A stretch of DNA of 51,845 bases from positions 1-51,845 of the forward strand of contig JBHLLU010000030.1 of assembly GCA_048938895.1 (NCBI GenBank). Direction: 5' to 3'. The first letter of the stretch is position 1; each line of letters begins with the position of its first letter. Below, in pieces: positions 1-10,363 of the stretch. This stretch comes from Promethearchaeota archaeon. GTDB taxonomy: Archaea > Asgardarchaeota > Lokiarchaeia > Sigyniarchaeales > SOKP01. The notes under the pieces were generated by a model. It was not told where the DNA came from and did not search any database. It was given only the letters and a program-made list of their open reading frames with translations. Made by a program: the position numbers and the translations under genes.

Positions 1-425
1 TCGCTAACATATTTAGCTAAACAATCTGTGGGTACAACATCAAATCCAACTCCGGAAATAATTACAATTCCTACATCTTGAGCTTGAGAGTGATATTTAA
101 AGTTTTCTTCGAAAACAGGAATTTCTCCGGTGATGTCAACATAATTCGTGCCCGTCTTTAAACATGCTTTTACCATAGGAGCACTAGTATATTTAAATGG
201 TCCTGCCGCATGAAATACTAGATCAAAATCGTTAAGACTGTCTACTAACGATATCTCTTCCTTTAAATCCAATATAGTATAATCTAAGTCTAATTTTTCT
301 GCTAGAGGAACAAGTTTTTCAGCAGAACGTCCAGCTAATACAGGTTTATGACCCCGACTTATTGCCTCGTGCACTAACAGTTTTCCAGTATATCCATAAG
401 CGCCATATAACATCCATTTTTTCAT
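1..425 (-). CDS. Saccharopine dehydrogenase-like NAD(P)-binding oxidoreductase (3' end runs off the window)
   Basis: Manual translation from ATG at 425: MKKWMLYGAYGYTGKLLVHEAISRGHKPVLAGR..., a Rossmann motif, followed by HAAGPF and YVDITGE motifs typical of the family. Confidence 0.85.
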   Translation of the reverse strand, partial: MKKWMLYGAYGYTGKLLVHEAISRGHKPVLAGRSAEKLVPLAEKLDLDYTILDLKEEISLVDSLNDFDLVFHAAGPFKYTSAPMVKACLKTGTNYVDITGEIPVFEENFKYHSQAQDVGIVIISGVGFDVVPTDCLAKYVS

Positions 426-573
426 AAATATTCATTCCTTTTGATGTTAGTGAAGTAAACAAAATTGTTACTGATAAAATTTGAAACCTTGTCTTTATAA
501 ATTGTTCTTAATTATCAAAAATCATTTATTTATAAGTAAGAGTTGAATTCAAACCTATAAAGTTAATATTTAG

Positions 574-1461
574 TCATTTATATAAGACTGTACCATAAGT
601 ATATCCATCTTCTAGAGAATATGCGGAATAGTAATAGCCATATTCAATTACTGTGAGTAAATCTTTAAAGTGGGGATAATTCTCATATACATACGTAATA
701 AAATTTTCAATATAGATGAAAAATCTACCATATGGGATTGTATAGTTGTTAAATTCTTTATAATTTAAATGAAGTAAGAGAGCTTTGATAAACTGTTCTC
801 TCTTTTTTTGAGGAAATCTTTCAATCAGTTCTAGGAGAAGAGTTACATTGTACCTTAAATCTATATCTATAATTAGATCTAATAGTTCTCTGATTAACTT
901 AAAATTAGTTAAACGAGAGAGAAGTAGTTTCTCTAATCTATTTATCATTTTTTTAATAATTTCTAATCGTGATTGACTAAATATGCTTTCTAATTCTATA
1001 GCATTCAAATAATCCAAATAATTGTTATTAAGAAGATATTGAATATTACTAAGATTACCCGTTTCAAATTTTTTTGCGATTTCTTCTTTAAATTTGATCT
1101 TTGCAACCTTATCTCCTGCATCTGTAAGCTTTTTAAGTAATGGGAAAGCTAAATTACTGTGAAGTAGACATGGATCATAACAATTTTCATACCAAACCTG
1201 CAAATTAGAACAATGTCCCCAAAATTCTATCTCTGGTGTAATTATCATTTTAATATTATTAGAAAATTCATAGAAACCATCAAATTTCTCAACAGTCTCA
1301 TCAATTGATTTAAAATCTTTTAAATTCTCTATTTCTTCAATAGGTATATTTAATAAAAGGTGTTTACACTGAATAAACAATTTGTTACTAACATAAACAT
1401 TCGTTTTCCCTTGTTCTAATCTAAGCTCAAGAAATTTGTTTATTGAAAATTTTAGCATCAA
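574..1461 (-). CDS. Hypothetical protein of a Lokiarchaeia-expanded family (EFWGHCSNLQxW motif)
   Basis: 295-aa ORF; motifs FIQCKHLLLNIP, EFWGHCSNLQVW, LLHSNLAFPLLKKL, FKEEIAK, recalled as a recurrent Loki domain. Confidence 0.7.
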   Translation of the reverse strand: MMLKFSINKFLELRLEQGKTNVYVSNKLFIQCKHLLLNIPIEEIENLKDFKSIDETVEKFDGFYEFSNNIKMIITPEIEFWGHCSNLQVWYENCYDPCLLHSNLAFPLLKKLTDAGDKVAKIKFKEEIAKKFETGNLSNIQYLLNNNYLDYLNAIELESIFSQSRLEIIKKMINRLEKLLLSRLTNFKLIRELLDLIIDIDLRYNVTLLLELIERFPQKKREQFIKALLLHLNYKEFNNYTIPYGRFFIYIENFITYVYENYPHFKDLLTVIEYGYYYSAYSLEDGYTYGTVLYK

Positions 1462-1520
1462 TGTTTTTTGGGGTGCTTATGTTTTAATTCTTTGTATTTA
1501 TGAACGATGGTTAATTAAGT

Positions 1521-1946
1521 ATGATTAAAAATCTTAAATACGTGATAAATAGTATGGAGGATCTTAAAACGCATCTTTACTCAAGAATCCCATTTTACTC
1601 AACACTAGGTCTTGAATTGCTAGAAATAGGTAATGGGAGAGCTAGTTTTGAAATCTCAATACACCAAGAATTAACTCAGAACGGTAATCTGCATGGAGGC
1701 GTTATTGCTTCTTTGATTGATTCAGCATGTGCTTGTGCCGCGATTTCTATAATCTATCCTGATGGTTACATAACAACCATTGATTTACAGGTTGAATTTC
1801 TAAAACCCGTTTCTAAAGGTAAGCTTATAGGAAAAGCAAAATGCATTAAGGCGGGGAAGAATATATTTTTTTGCAAAGCAAAAGTTTGGGATGAAAATAA
1901 TAACCTAATTAGTACTGGAAGCTCACAACTTCTTCGGATTTCCTAA
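1521..1946 (+). CDS. PaaI-family hotdog-fold thioesterase
   Basis: NGNLHGGVIASLID motif and TTIDLQVEFLKP. Confidence 0.92.
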   Translation: MIKNLKYVINSMEDLKTHLYSRIPFYSTLGLELLEIGNGRASFEISIHQELTQNGNLHGGVIASLIDSACACAAISIIYPDGYITTIDLQVEFLKPVSKGKLIGKAKCIKAGKNIFFCKAKVWDENNNLISTGSSQLLRIS

Positions 1947-2074
1947 ACTCTTTGCTTTTACAATTCTGTCCAAAAGATTGGTTCTGACTACTAAACTTTT
2001 TTTATGTTCTACTATTACGGAACACAATTTTTATGGTACTTTTTTAAATTTGATACAAAATAGTATATTATAAA

Positions 2075-2584
2075 ATGAAGAAAACGATTAAAGTCATCGT
2101 ATCTGGGGACGGAGGAGTAGGAAAAACTTCATTTCTTAACCGTTTAATCCATGATAACTTCGATTCCTGTAGTGAATTGACCAAAGGTGTTGACTTCTTT
2201 TCAAAAGATGTAAAGATTAATGGATATGATTACAACTTCGTTATGTGGGATTTTGCCGGCCAGGATCAGTTTAAAAAATTATTATCAGATTTTGTAAACG
2301 GTTCACTCGCTGCATTTGTATTATTTGATTTATCACGATTCAACACCCTTGAGGGGGTCGCGGAATGGATTTCGACTTTAAATCAATTTGGAAACATTCC
2401 CGCATATATTATTGGCACAAAAAGTGACATAATTGATACGAATGAGGCACACATTTTTGATGATTATATCTCAGAAATTATGAGAAATAATAGGAATGTA
2501 ATAGGCTATTCAAAAATATCATCAAAGACAGGATTTAATGTAAAACAAACATTTACTAGTTTATTAGATAAGTTATCAAATTAA
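2075..2584 (+). CDS. Ras-superfamily (Rab-like) small GTPase
   Basis: G1 GDGGVGKT, switch I TKGVDF, G3 WDFAGQ, G4 variant TKSD, G5 SSK. Confidence 0.92.
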   Translation: MKKTIKVIVSGDGGVGKTSFLNRLIHDNFDSCSELTKGVDFFSKDVKINGYDYNFVMWDFAGQDQFKKLLSDFVNGSLAAFVLFDLSRFNTLEGVAEWISTLNQFGNIPAYIIGTKSDIIDTNEAHIFDDYISEIMRNNRNVIGYSKISSKTGFNVKQTFTSLLDKLSN

Positions 2585-2599
2585 AAGAAAAATTAATAA

Positions 2600-3637
2600 T
2601 TAGATTTTAACAATCCACCCAAACTCATCTTCAATATCTAATCGTTGAATCCCTGTAAGAATTTCATACAACTTAGTGGTAATCTCACCAGGATCTTTGT
2701 TATTAAAAATCCGTTCTTTACCCTCCAAAGAAACTGAAGCTATAGGAGTAATAACTGCCGCAGTTCCTGAACAGAATGATTCAGTACAACTCTCATCGAA
2801 TAATTCTTTATAAGATATATCTCTTTCTTCCACTTCTAATCCAAGTTTCTTTGATGCCAATTCTAATATCGCGTCTCTTGTAATTCCTTCAAGGATTGTC
2901 CCAGTTTTTCTAGGAGTCGCTAATTTACCATTTATTAAACCAAAGAAATTAGCAGCTCCAACTTCTTCTATATATTCTAAATTAACAGCGTCTAAGTATA
3001 AAATTTGAGCAAATCCTCTAGATTTTGCTTCTTTCGCGGGTAGCATTGTCCCTGCATAATTACAGATTGTTTTTGTCGACCCAGTACCTCCCGGGGCTGC
3101 TCTTGTATATTCTTTGGAAATTTCTAAGTTAATACCTCGAAAACCTTCTGGGAAATAAGGTCCAACAGGGGCTGTAAAAATAATTAACTTAAATTCTTTC
3201 GCTGGGGCTACCCCTAGCATAGGTCCACTTCCGAATAACATAGGGCGAATATATAAAGCACCTCCGCTATCATAGGGGGGGATGAAATCTTCATTTGCTT
3301 TTACCACCTGTTTGATAGCGTCAATAAATTTAGAAATCTCAAATTCAGGCATTAACATCCTTTTTGCGCTTTTATTAAACCTTTTTCCATTTTCCTCAGG
3401 TCTAAATAAAGTTATTTCCCCGGATTTGGTCCTTAATGCTTTCATTCCTTCAAAAATTCCTTGACCATAATTTAATACACAGGCTACAGGAGAAATTTCT
3501 ATATTACCAAAAAGTACTAATTTCCCCTTATCCCAACCACCATCTTTATAATCAGAAACAAACATTGTCTTAGTTTCAATGAAATCAAAACCTAAAGAGT
3601 AAAAGTCAATATCTTTGGGATCTACCATTATAATCAA
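2600..3637 (-). CDS. ilvE: Branched-chain amino acid aminotransferase
   Basis: LNYGQGIFEGMKA, LYIRP, KTICNYA (PLP lysine), EEVGAAN, ILEGITR, SGTAAVITPI. Confidence 0.95.
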   Translation of the reverse strand: MIIMVDPKDIDFYSLGFDFIETKTMFVSDYKDGGWDKGKLVLFGNIEISPVACVLNYGQGIFEGMKALRTKSGEITLFRPEENGKRFNKSAKRMLMPEFEISKFIDAIKQVVKANEDFIPPYDSGGALYIRPMLFGSGPMLGVAPAKEFKLIIFTAPVGPYFPEGFRGINLEISKEYTRAAPGGTGSTKTICNYAGTMLPAKEAKSRGFAQILYLDAVNLEYIEEVGAANFFGLINGKLATPRKTGTILEGITRDAILELASKKLGLEVEERDISYKELFDESCTESFCSGTAAVITPIASVSLEGKERIFNNKDPGEITTKLYEILTGIQRLDIEDEFGWIVKI

Positions 3638-3932
3638 CTTCTAATTCAAATTTGTAAGTAGTATATGAAACCTCTATAAAAAATCTTTTCAACAAAATTA
3701 CATTTATTATGCAAATTAAATTTTTTTCAGGTATTTTTTTACTTTTCCTTAAAGATTGGGAAAGAGAATAATACCCATATATCTCATTTAATTATTAGTA
3801 TAATGAGGGTATACGGTTTTATAGATATAAATAAAATTATAAATTGGTATTTATAGTTATAATATATACAAGCTTGAACATTTTTGAACACTTGAAAAAA
3901 AATTAATATAAAGCTTAAACAGGAGACATGTA

Positions 3933-5597
3933 ATGGCAGAAGAGTATGACTATCTATTTAAATCAATTGTAGTTGGAGATGGTGGTGTTGGAAAAACAGC
4001 CCTCACACTTCGATTCTCAAAAGGGTTTTTTACTGAAGATTATAAAATGACTATTGGTGTAGATTTTCATGTAAAAACTATTAATATTGATTCTAATGAA
4101 GGACCAATTAGGGCAAAACTCCAAATATGGGATACTGGAGGTCAAGAACGCTTTAGCTCAATTAGACCAATGTATTATCGGGGATCGCTAGGAGCATTAC
4201 TCATTTTTGACTTGACAAATTCTGCTACTTTTGAACACTTACCTGGATGGATTGAAGAAGTCAGAGCAAACGTGAAAACAGAGATACCATTATTATTAGT
4301 GGGAAATAAGAGTGACTTAGTAGATCAAAGAGCAGTTTCTTTAGGAGAAATAAATGAGTTTACTCGAAATTTTAACTTATTTTATATGGAAACTTCTGCG
4401 AAAACAGGAGAGGGGGTTGGCGATTGTTTCTACATTCTTGCTTGTTTAATGATAGGATCTGGTGTCCCTGATCAACTTATAGCCAATAGTGTAGTATTTA
4501 GTCCTGGATTGATTCCAATTACAGCTTCTCAACCATCTGTTGTAAGTACTATTCAATCACAATCGGATTTTGAATTTTCTGCGCCCCCGGTTCCAGAACC
4601 AATATCATCTTTTAAATCTGAACTTGTATCTTCATTTGAACCAGAACCAGAGTTTGAATTTGAAGCACCACCCGTTCCAGAACCTTCTCCTGTAGAGTCT
4701 TCTACACCCCGTCCTACCTTTGAACCTGAATACGAACCAGAAATACCTATCCCTGAACCTAAAATAAAATCAAATATATCACGCTCAAATGATTTTGATT
4801 TTAAGACTCCTGAGGAAATATTAGCAGGAGAACCTCTTGAAGAGGTTGGTGCACCTTCTTTTGAAGGACCTTCCTTTTCTGCAAGTGAAGAACAATATAG
4901 GCCAAAAACAGTTCCTTTTGCTACAAATGTTCCTGTTCCAGCACCAGCACCAGAAGGATTTCGACCTTCTCAAAATTTTCCCCCTGCAGAAAAACATTAT
5001 AAATCTACAGCGCCATTTACTAGTCTAAGCCAAGAATCTCAGGCTAAATCAGATTCTCTTGTAGATTATATGCCTGAACAAGTGATTTCAAAGAAAGAAA
5101 GGAAAAAACTTGAAAAACAAAAGAAAAAGGAAGAAAAAGAGAAGAAAATTCAACAAGAACAAGAAATGAAAAGTGCAAAAAAGGAAAAGAAAGAAAAACA
5201 AAAAAAAGAGAAAAAAGAGAAAGAGGAACCCAGTGAATCTGTTTCACTTGTTCCTGATCCATCTAAGATGTCTAAAACTGAAGTAACCAGTACCCCTTCT
5301 CTTTTTCAAGCACTTACTCAAAAAGGAGAAGAGGCCATAACTAGTCCTTCCTCGCCTTTTGTACCATTTAGTGATATAAAAAAAGACCAAATTCAAGAGG
5401 AGAGTAAATTAAGAATTATCCCCGATGCTACTGATATAAAGCCCAAAGCTAGTGGTTTTACACCACTCCAATCGACAACACCAACTCAAGTCACCACTCC
5501 CTCCTCAAATGGCAAAGAACTAATAGTCTGTAAAAATTGTGGTGCTGTACTCTCATCTGATTATGCTTTTTGTAATAAGTGTGGTACACGTTTATAA
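3933..5597 (+). CDS. Rab-like GTPase with long Pro/Ser/Glu-rich tail, Lys/Glu-rich helix and C-terminal zinc ribbon
   Basis: GDGGVGKT, TIGVDF, KLQIWDTGGQERF, YYRG, NKSD, ETSAK; C-terminal CKNC...CNKC. Confidence 0.92.
   Translation: MAEEYDYLFKSIVVGDGGVGKTALTLRFSKGFFTEDYKMTIGVDFHVKTINIDSNEGPIRAKLQIWDTGGQERFSSIRPMYYRGSLGALLIFDLTNSATFEHLPGWIEEVRANVKTEIPLLLVGNKSDLVDQRAVSLGEINEFTRNFNLFYMETSAKTGEGVGDCFYILACLMIGSGVPDQLIANSVVFSPGLIPITASQPSVVSTIQSQSDFEFSAPPVPEPISSFKSELVSSFEPEPEFEFEAPPVPEPSPVESSTPRPTFEPEYEPEIPIPEPKIKSNISRSNDFDFKTPEEILAGEPLEEVGAPSFEGPSFSASEEQYRPKTVPFATNVPVPAPAPEGFRPSQNFPPAEKHYKSTAPFTSLSQESQAKSDSLVDYMPEQVISKKERKKLEKQKKKEEKEKKIQQEQEMKSAKKEKKEKQKKEKKEKEEPSESVSLVPDPSKMSKTEVTSTPSLFQALTQKGEEAITSPSSPFVPFSDIKKDQIQEESKLRIIPDATDIKPKASGFTPLQSTTPTQVTTPSSNGKELIVCKNCGAVLSSDYAFCNKCGTRL
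4569..4685 (+). repeat. Imperfect coding repeat FEF(S/E)APPVPEP x2 in the GTPase tail
   Basis: Copies at 4569-4601 and 4653-4685, similar at both DNA and protein level. Confidence 0.8.
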
Positions 5598-5642
5598 GTA
5601 CTTTTAAACATATCTTCCCTAATATAGCTTAATCAGGATCTA

Positions 5643-6389
5643 CTACAGATCTTTTCCACAAATTGGACAAGTACTCCACATTTTTTTTATTTTTGAATTA
5701 CAATAACTACATATTTTCAAATCGGGATCAATTTTAGTTTGAGGTGTACCAAAAATCGTTGTTCCTTTGGCAGATTGAGAATCTTGAGGGATTTGTGTAG
5801 ATTGAACCAGCATATCTTTAGTCACCTGAGATTTGGGTATTTGAGGTTCAGAAATCTCTTTTGAATATCTTTGAGGTGCAATAGGAGCTTCCCTAAGTTG
5901 TGCTTTAAATGCTTCTTTTTCTCTTTCTGAAGGTTTTTCTTCGGGCTCTCCAATGGAAACACCTACTTTATAGTAGTAATATTTATTATCATTATTTTCT
6001 ATTATTCTTTCCCCATTCTCTAGATACACTTCTATATAATAAATTATTATTGAACCTGCAGGGATATCATCTATCTCAGCAATAAAATAATCCATTTTTG
6101 TATCCATCGTCATTTGATACCATGATTTCCCTTGATCGGCACTAAATATTAAGTTAACATATAATATCGCATTACTAAAATCTTCTTCAGTTATCTTTAC
6201 GACAATCTTAATTTTTTTTGTATGTTCTTCTGCTGGCGTAGAAAAAGCTTTTGCTTCCATTTCATCCCAAGCTGCCCCACATTTTGGGCAATTAGTGAAC
6301 CAATTAGGATATTCGAAACTACATTTAGAACAACTTTTAGTAAAGTAACGAGTAGTTTTGATTCCTAATGACTTTTTATCTTTTCCCAT
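5643..6389 (-). CDS. Protein with N- and C-terminal zinc ribbons flanking a beta-rich (possibly Ig-like) domain
   Basis: CSKC...CPKC and CSYC...CPIC; alternating hydrophobic strands in the central part. Confidence 0.75.
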   Translation of the reverse strand: MGKDKKSLGIKTTRYFTKSCSKCSFEYPNWFTNCPKCGAAWDEMEAKAFSTPAEEHTKKIKIVVKITEEDFSNAILYVNLIFSADQGKSWYQMTMDTKMDYFIAEIDDIPAGSIIIYYIEVYLENGERIIENNDNKYYYYKVGVSIGEPEEKPSEREKEAFKAQLREAPIAPQRYSKEISEPQIPKSQVTKDMLVQSTQIPQDSQSAKGTTIFGTPQTKIDPDLKICSYCNSKIKKMWSTCPICGKDL

Positions 6390-6578
6390 ATTGCTGTGTC
6401 AGACTGTATGAAATTAAACTCTAAAATAAATTTTTACTAAGTATAAAATAATAAATAGTACTAAATATATTTTTTCATAGGTCTTCTAAATTGGAGCTAT
6501 AGATTCGATTTAAACGCAGATTTGATTTGAGATAATAGAAAGAATTTACTTACAAGCTTGATAAATTAAATACTATTA

Positions 6579-7742
6579 TCAGATTGTAATTTTCTCTAAA
6601 TCGTCACAAAACTTATCTAAGTGAATTTTTTGTACGTGAGGCATAAGCACCACCCTTATTAAGTTGAAATCTATAAATTTTCCAGTCATCCAATTTTTCT
6701 TTCGTAATTGCTCATCAATCGTACAAATGCTTTGACCATTTTCGGTAGTGATCCCCACAATATTCATAACAGGTTCAGTAGCTAGTTTAACACCTCGAAT
6801 CTCTCCTATTCTCTTAATCAAATAATTAGTGTTATCCATGCAATTTTTAATAATTCTATTAAACCCCTTAATTCCTAAATGCTTCATTATAGCCCAAAAT
6901 GCAATTACCGATCCTCCCGGTCTTGTTCCAACAATATGAAGATGTTTAAACGTTCCTCCTGCTAAATAAGGAATTTCAAAACCAATTTTCTCTAAAATTA
7001 ATTTATTTCTAAGAAATATACCTCCGATAGGGATTACTCCCATCCCCATTTTATGTGGATCTGCAGTAATGGAATCAACCTGTTTTATTGAAAAATCCCA
7101 TGAAGGTATCTTGAAATTTAAATTTTTTAGAAAAGGTAATACAAAACCACCAAAGGCGGCATCTACATGAAAAAAAACATCTTTATCTGCAATCATTTGG
7201 CCTATTTCTTCAATTGGGTCAACTAAACCTAAAGAGGTTGTCCCAGCAACACCTACTACACCACATGTATTCTTATTTATTAACGATTTAAAATGATTTA
7301 AATCTAAAGTAAAATCACCCTTTAATCGCGCTTTTCTAAGTTTTATTCCGAGTAGATCAGCAGCCTTATCAAATGAAATGTGAGCAGATATGGGTATCAC
7401 AACTTCAGGTTTTTTAATATCAGCTCTCAATTTTTTTGCTATTCGTAAAGCAATCAAATTTGCTTCTGAACCTCCTGTAGTAAATGTACCAAGGATATTC
7501 TTCCCCCCGAGAAGTTCACCAATCTCTGTTGCTAATTCTTCTTCTAAAGCTACTGTTCCTAAAAATAATCCTGGATCACCTAAATTTTTCGATACATATT
7601 TCATATAGAATTCAGTACCCAAATCAAGTGGAATTGTACACATTGATCCTAATATTGATCCTGATTCGTAGGATTTATCGATTTTTAATTTTTCATCTAG
7701 TAATTTAAGTATAACTTTTTTATTTAATCCTTCTTCCAACAT
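6579..7742 (-). CDS. mfnA: PLP-dependent group II decarboxylase (L-tyrosine/L-aspartate decarboxylase)
   Basis: ILGSMCT, NLGDPGLF, GGSEAN, HVDAAFGG, DPHKMG, GTRPG. Confidence 0.92.
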   Translation of the reverse strand: MLEEGLNKKVILKLLDEKLKIDKSYESGSILGSMCTIPLDLGTEFYMKYVSKNLGDPGLFLGTVALEEELATEIGELLGGKNILGTFTTGGSEANLIALRIAKKLRADIKKPEVVIPISAHISFDKAADLLGIKLRKARLKGDFTLDLNHFKSLINKNTCGVVGVAGTTSLGLVDPIEEIGQMIADKDVFFHVDAAFGGFVLPFLKNLNFKIPSWDFSIKQVDSITADPHKMGMGVIPIGGIFLRNKLILEKIGFEIPYLAGGTFKHLHIVGTRPGGSVIAFWAIMKHLGIKGFNRIIKNCMDNTNYLIKRIGEIRGVKLATEPVMNIVGITTENGQSICTIDEQLRKKNWMTGKFIDFNLIRVVLMPHVQKIHLDKFCDDLEKITI

Positions 7743-7861
7743 GAGTATAAATCTTAGTCTTTTATTTCAGCTATAATCCTTTATGAGATAGTAAGTTTTA
7801 ACCAATTAAAATTTTGCATTCAAGAGAATCTCAAACTGGTCTTTCCTTCATAAAATATGGT

Positions 7862-8188
7862 TTATTTTGATGCTAAAAAGCGTGTTGCATCTCTCTCAGA
7901 ATATTTATTTAAAATTTTGGTAAATTCTTCCCCTAATTCAACTTTATAAAAATTTGCAATGCAAATTATAGAAAACAGAAGATCAGCCAATTCTTCTCCA
8001 AGATTTGAATTTTTTCTAATAGGTTTCTTAGGTTTATACCCTTCAAGAGAATTTATTTCTCTCGCCACTTCGCCTAATTCTTCCATTACAGCACTCACCA
8101 TTGATAGAGGCGCCCAATAACCACCGTGTTTGTGAATAAATCTATCAACAACTTTTTGAATTTCTTTAAGTGAATTCTTTATCTCCAT
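7862..8188 (-). CDS. MazG-like nucleotide pyrophosphohydrolase
   Basis: EELGEVARE and GEELADLLF motifs. Confidence 0.9.
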   Translation of the reverse strand: MEIKNSLKEIQKVVDRFIHKHGGYWAPLSMVSAVMEELGEVAREINSLEGYKPKKPIRKNSNLGEELADLLFSIICIANFYKVELGEEFTKILNKYSERDATRFLASK

Positions 8189-8227
8189 ATATCAATAAAT
8201 GAATGAGAATATTTAAAAAATAAAATT

Positions 8228-10363
8228 TTAATGAACAAGATATTCTCGTTTACGAGCCTCCCATTCAGCTCTTTTACCTGGATTATACCGATTTACTTCG
8301 CTATAGTAGCCAGTAACCCTAGAATATACCCTTACATCCTCAGAATTACAGAGAGGACAGATAAATTGGGCGCCTTTAATCATTTTTCTACATGAAGGGC
8401 AGTAAATAAAATCAATTGTGTATGCAAAGTAAGCAGTATTTGTATTTAGACAGATATTCTTCGTTAATTCCCATAGCCCATGAATGTCTGGTTTTTGTTC
8501 CCCAAGCCAAATATGAGTAATAACCCCTCCATTTACTATCGGATGGAATTCTCCCTGTTTTTTTATTCTTTCTGATAATGGGATATTTGCATCATATCTA
8601 ATATGATCTGAATTTGTATAATAAGCTGCAATACCATTTGACTGAGGAATAGCTTTATTCGGATAATGCTTCAAATCTAGTTTAGCTAAACGATTGGCTG
8701 TTGATTCACTTGGTTGTTCCCATAAAGAATAATATTTATTATCCTTTTCTGTCATGTTATTACACTTAGCAACCATATAACTTAAGATTTTTCTTCCTAA
8801 ATTATAAGAAGATTCATTTTCATGTAATTCATACCCGGTTATACTTTTTACAGCCTCGTTTAATCCAGTAAATCCTATCGAGAGATTCTGATCATTGATA
8901 TTAAAAATTTGTTTTCCATTTATTTTACCACTACAAAGAGGTAAATGACCAGTTTTTAACCGTTTTTCCATCAATCTCCACTTCTTTCTTAGTATTTGGG
9001 CTGATAATTCCATTTTTCTATCTAATATATTAAAGTAATCATCTTCATTTTTGGATATATAAGCATAACGAGGTAAATTTAAACTAACACTTTGTAAAGA
9101 ACCAATTGTAACATAATTTTCCCAAACATTAGCATTTTTTCTTTCTTCTGGATCAAGAATACATTGTTCTATTATTTGATTTCCACTTAAAAATTTTCGA
9201 CAACATTGGCTATGAATTTCATCTGGCATCCAATCTGGACACATGTTTAAAAAATACGGTGTTCCCATTTTAGCAACTTCTTCCATCAATTTCAAATATG
9301 ATGGCTCAAATTCTTTTAACCATTCCTTTTTGATCTTAATTTCATGTTTAGGGAACGCAAAGAGTTTTCCATTGTGATCACCTTGAATATATACTTCAGT
9401 TAGAGCATCAAAAAGTTTAAGGCATTCATCCTTATAATCTCCATATGTCCCTACTATTTTACCATAAGCTCCAATTGCAGGTATATCATATAAACCATCA
9501 GGAACAGTGGGAGTACACGATATAGAAGTGAACGGGACCTGTCCACCTCTCGCCGCAAAAATTTGATTTGTCTCATAGATTAAACACTGCATTGATTGTT
9601 CTATTTCTTTATCTGATATTGAACGTGCATAAGGGGCTAAAAAAGTAGTTATATAATCGTATCCCTGCCCGCCACTAAATTCACCTTGAATGATGCCTAA
9701 CCATTTAGCTAAATGTGTAACTGCAACTCGCAGGCTTCCCGCAGGACCAGATTTGCTGCAATGAGCCCAACTGTCTACAGGGGGTAATCCATGTTCGAGA
9801 ATCATTCGTGGATCCCATTCTTGGCAGAAAGGGCGTAAATCAAAATATCGAAGCATATGAATATGAATATCTCCAAATAAATGAGCGTGTGCTTCTTCTG
9901 AATCTAAAATTCGTAATAAGGCATATTCATCAGAAATCCTATTTGCTGCCCAGTGATGGATACTTTCAGGATTCATGTCTTGGTTTGCATTTTCGTCAAC
10001 ACCATACTCAAGTATAGCTTCATAATCCATCAAAGGCATACCAATTCTAGTGTATATTTTTCGTTCTTCTTCAAAATGTTCTTCTGATAAAATTGAACAT
10101 ACAATTTCTCTAATGTGAGGTCCCGAAAGAAATTTGATTCCTGAAGAAATAATTCTTCTTACAACAAGTTCAGTGATTCTGTCAGCAGATTCTCGATCTA
10201 AACCTGTTTCTCTAATAAGACTATTTTCGATTTTGACAGGATCAAATGGTACAACATCTCCTTCTGTCCTAAACACTTGAGGTAATAGTTTAGTTAAATA
10301 GGTTCTACTAACTTTTTCATTTTTTTTTTTATCTAAAATTTTAGGATCGGATAACAATACCAC
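8228..10363 (-). CDS. nrdD: Anaerobic (class III) ribonucleoside-triphosphate reductase with N-terminal ATP cone
   Basis: ATP cone, GDIHIH, SLNLPR, YYTNS, C-terminal CxxC/CxxC and glycyl-radical loop SRVTGYY. Confidence 0.95.
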   Translation of the reverse strand: MVLLSDPKILDKKKNEKVSRTYLTKLLPQVFRTEGDVVPFDPVKIENSLIRETGLDRESADRITELVVRRIISSGIKFLSGPHIREIVCSILSEEHFEEERKIYTRIGMPLMDYEAILEYGVDENANQDMNPESIHHWAANRISDEYALLRILDSEEAHAHLFGDIHIHMLRYFDLRPFCQEWDPRMILEHGLPPVDSWAHCSKSGPAGSLRVAVTHLAKWLGIIQGEFSGGQGYDYITTFLAPYARSISDKEIEQSMQCLIYETNQIFAARGGQVPFTSISCTPTVPDGLYDIPAIGAYGKIVGTYGDYKDECLKLFDALTEVYIQGDHNGKLFAFPKHEIKIKKEWLKEFEPSYLKLMEEVAKMGTPYFLNMCPDWMPDEIHSQCCRKFLSGNQIIEQCILDPEERKNANVWENYVTIGSLQSVSLNLPRYAYISKNEDDYFNILDRKMELSAQILRKKWRLMEKRLKTGHLPLCSGKINGKQIFNINDQNLSIGFTGLNEAVKSITGYELHENESSYNLGRKILSYMVAKCNNMTEKDNKYYSLWEQPSESTANRLAKLDLKHYPNKAIPQSNGIAAYYTNSDHIRYDANIPLSERIKKQGEFHPIVNGGVITHIWLGEQKPDIHGLWELTKNICLNTNTAYFAYTIDFIYCPSCRKMIKGAQFICPLCNSEDVRVYSRVTGYYSEVNRYNPGKRAEWEARKREYLVH

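Noticed and set aside
5090-5230. A-rich purine tract as a DNA repeat element
   Set aside because: It simply encodes the Lys/Glu-rich helix of the GTPase tail.
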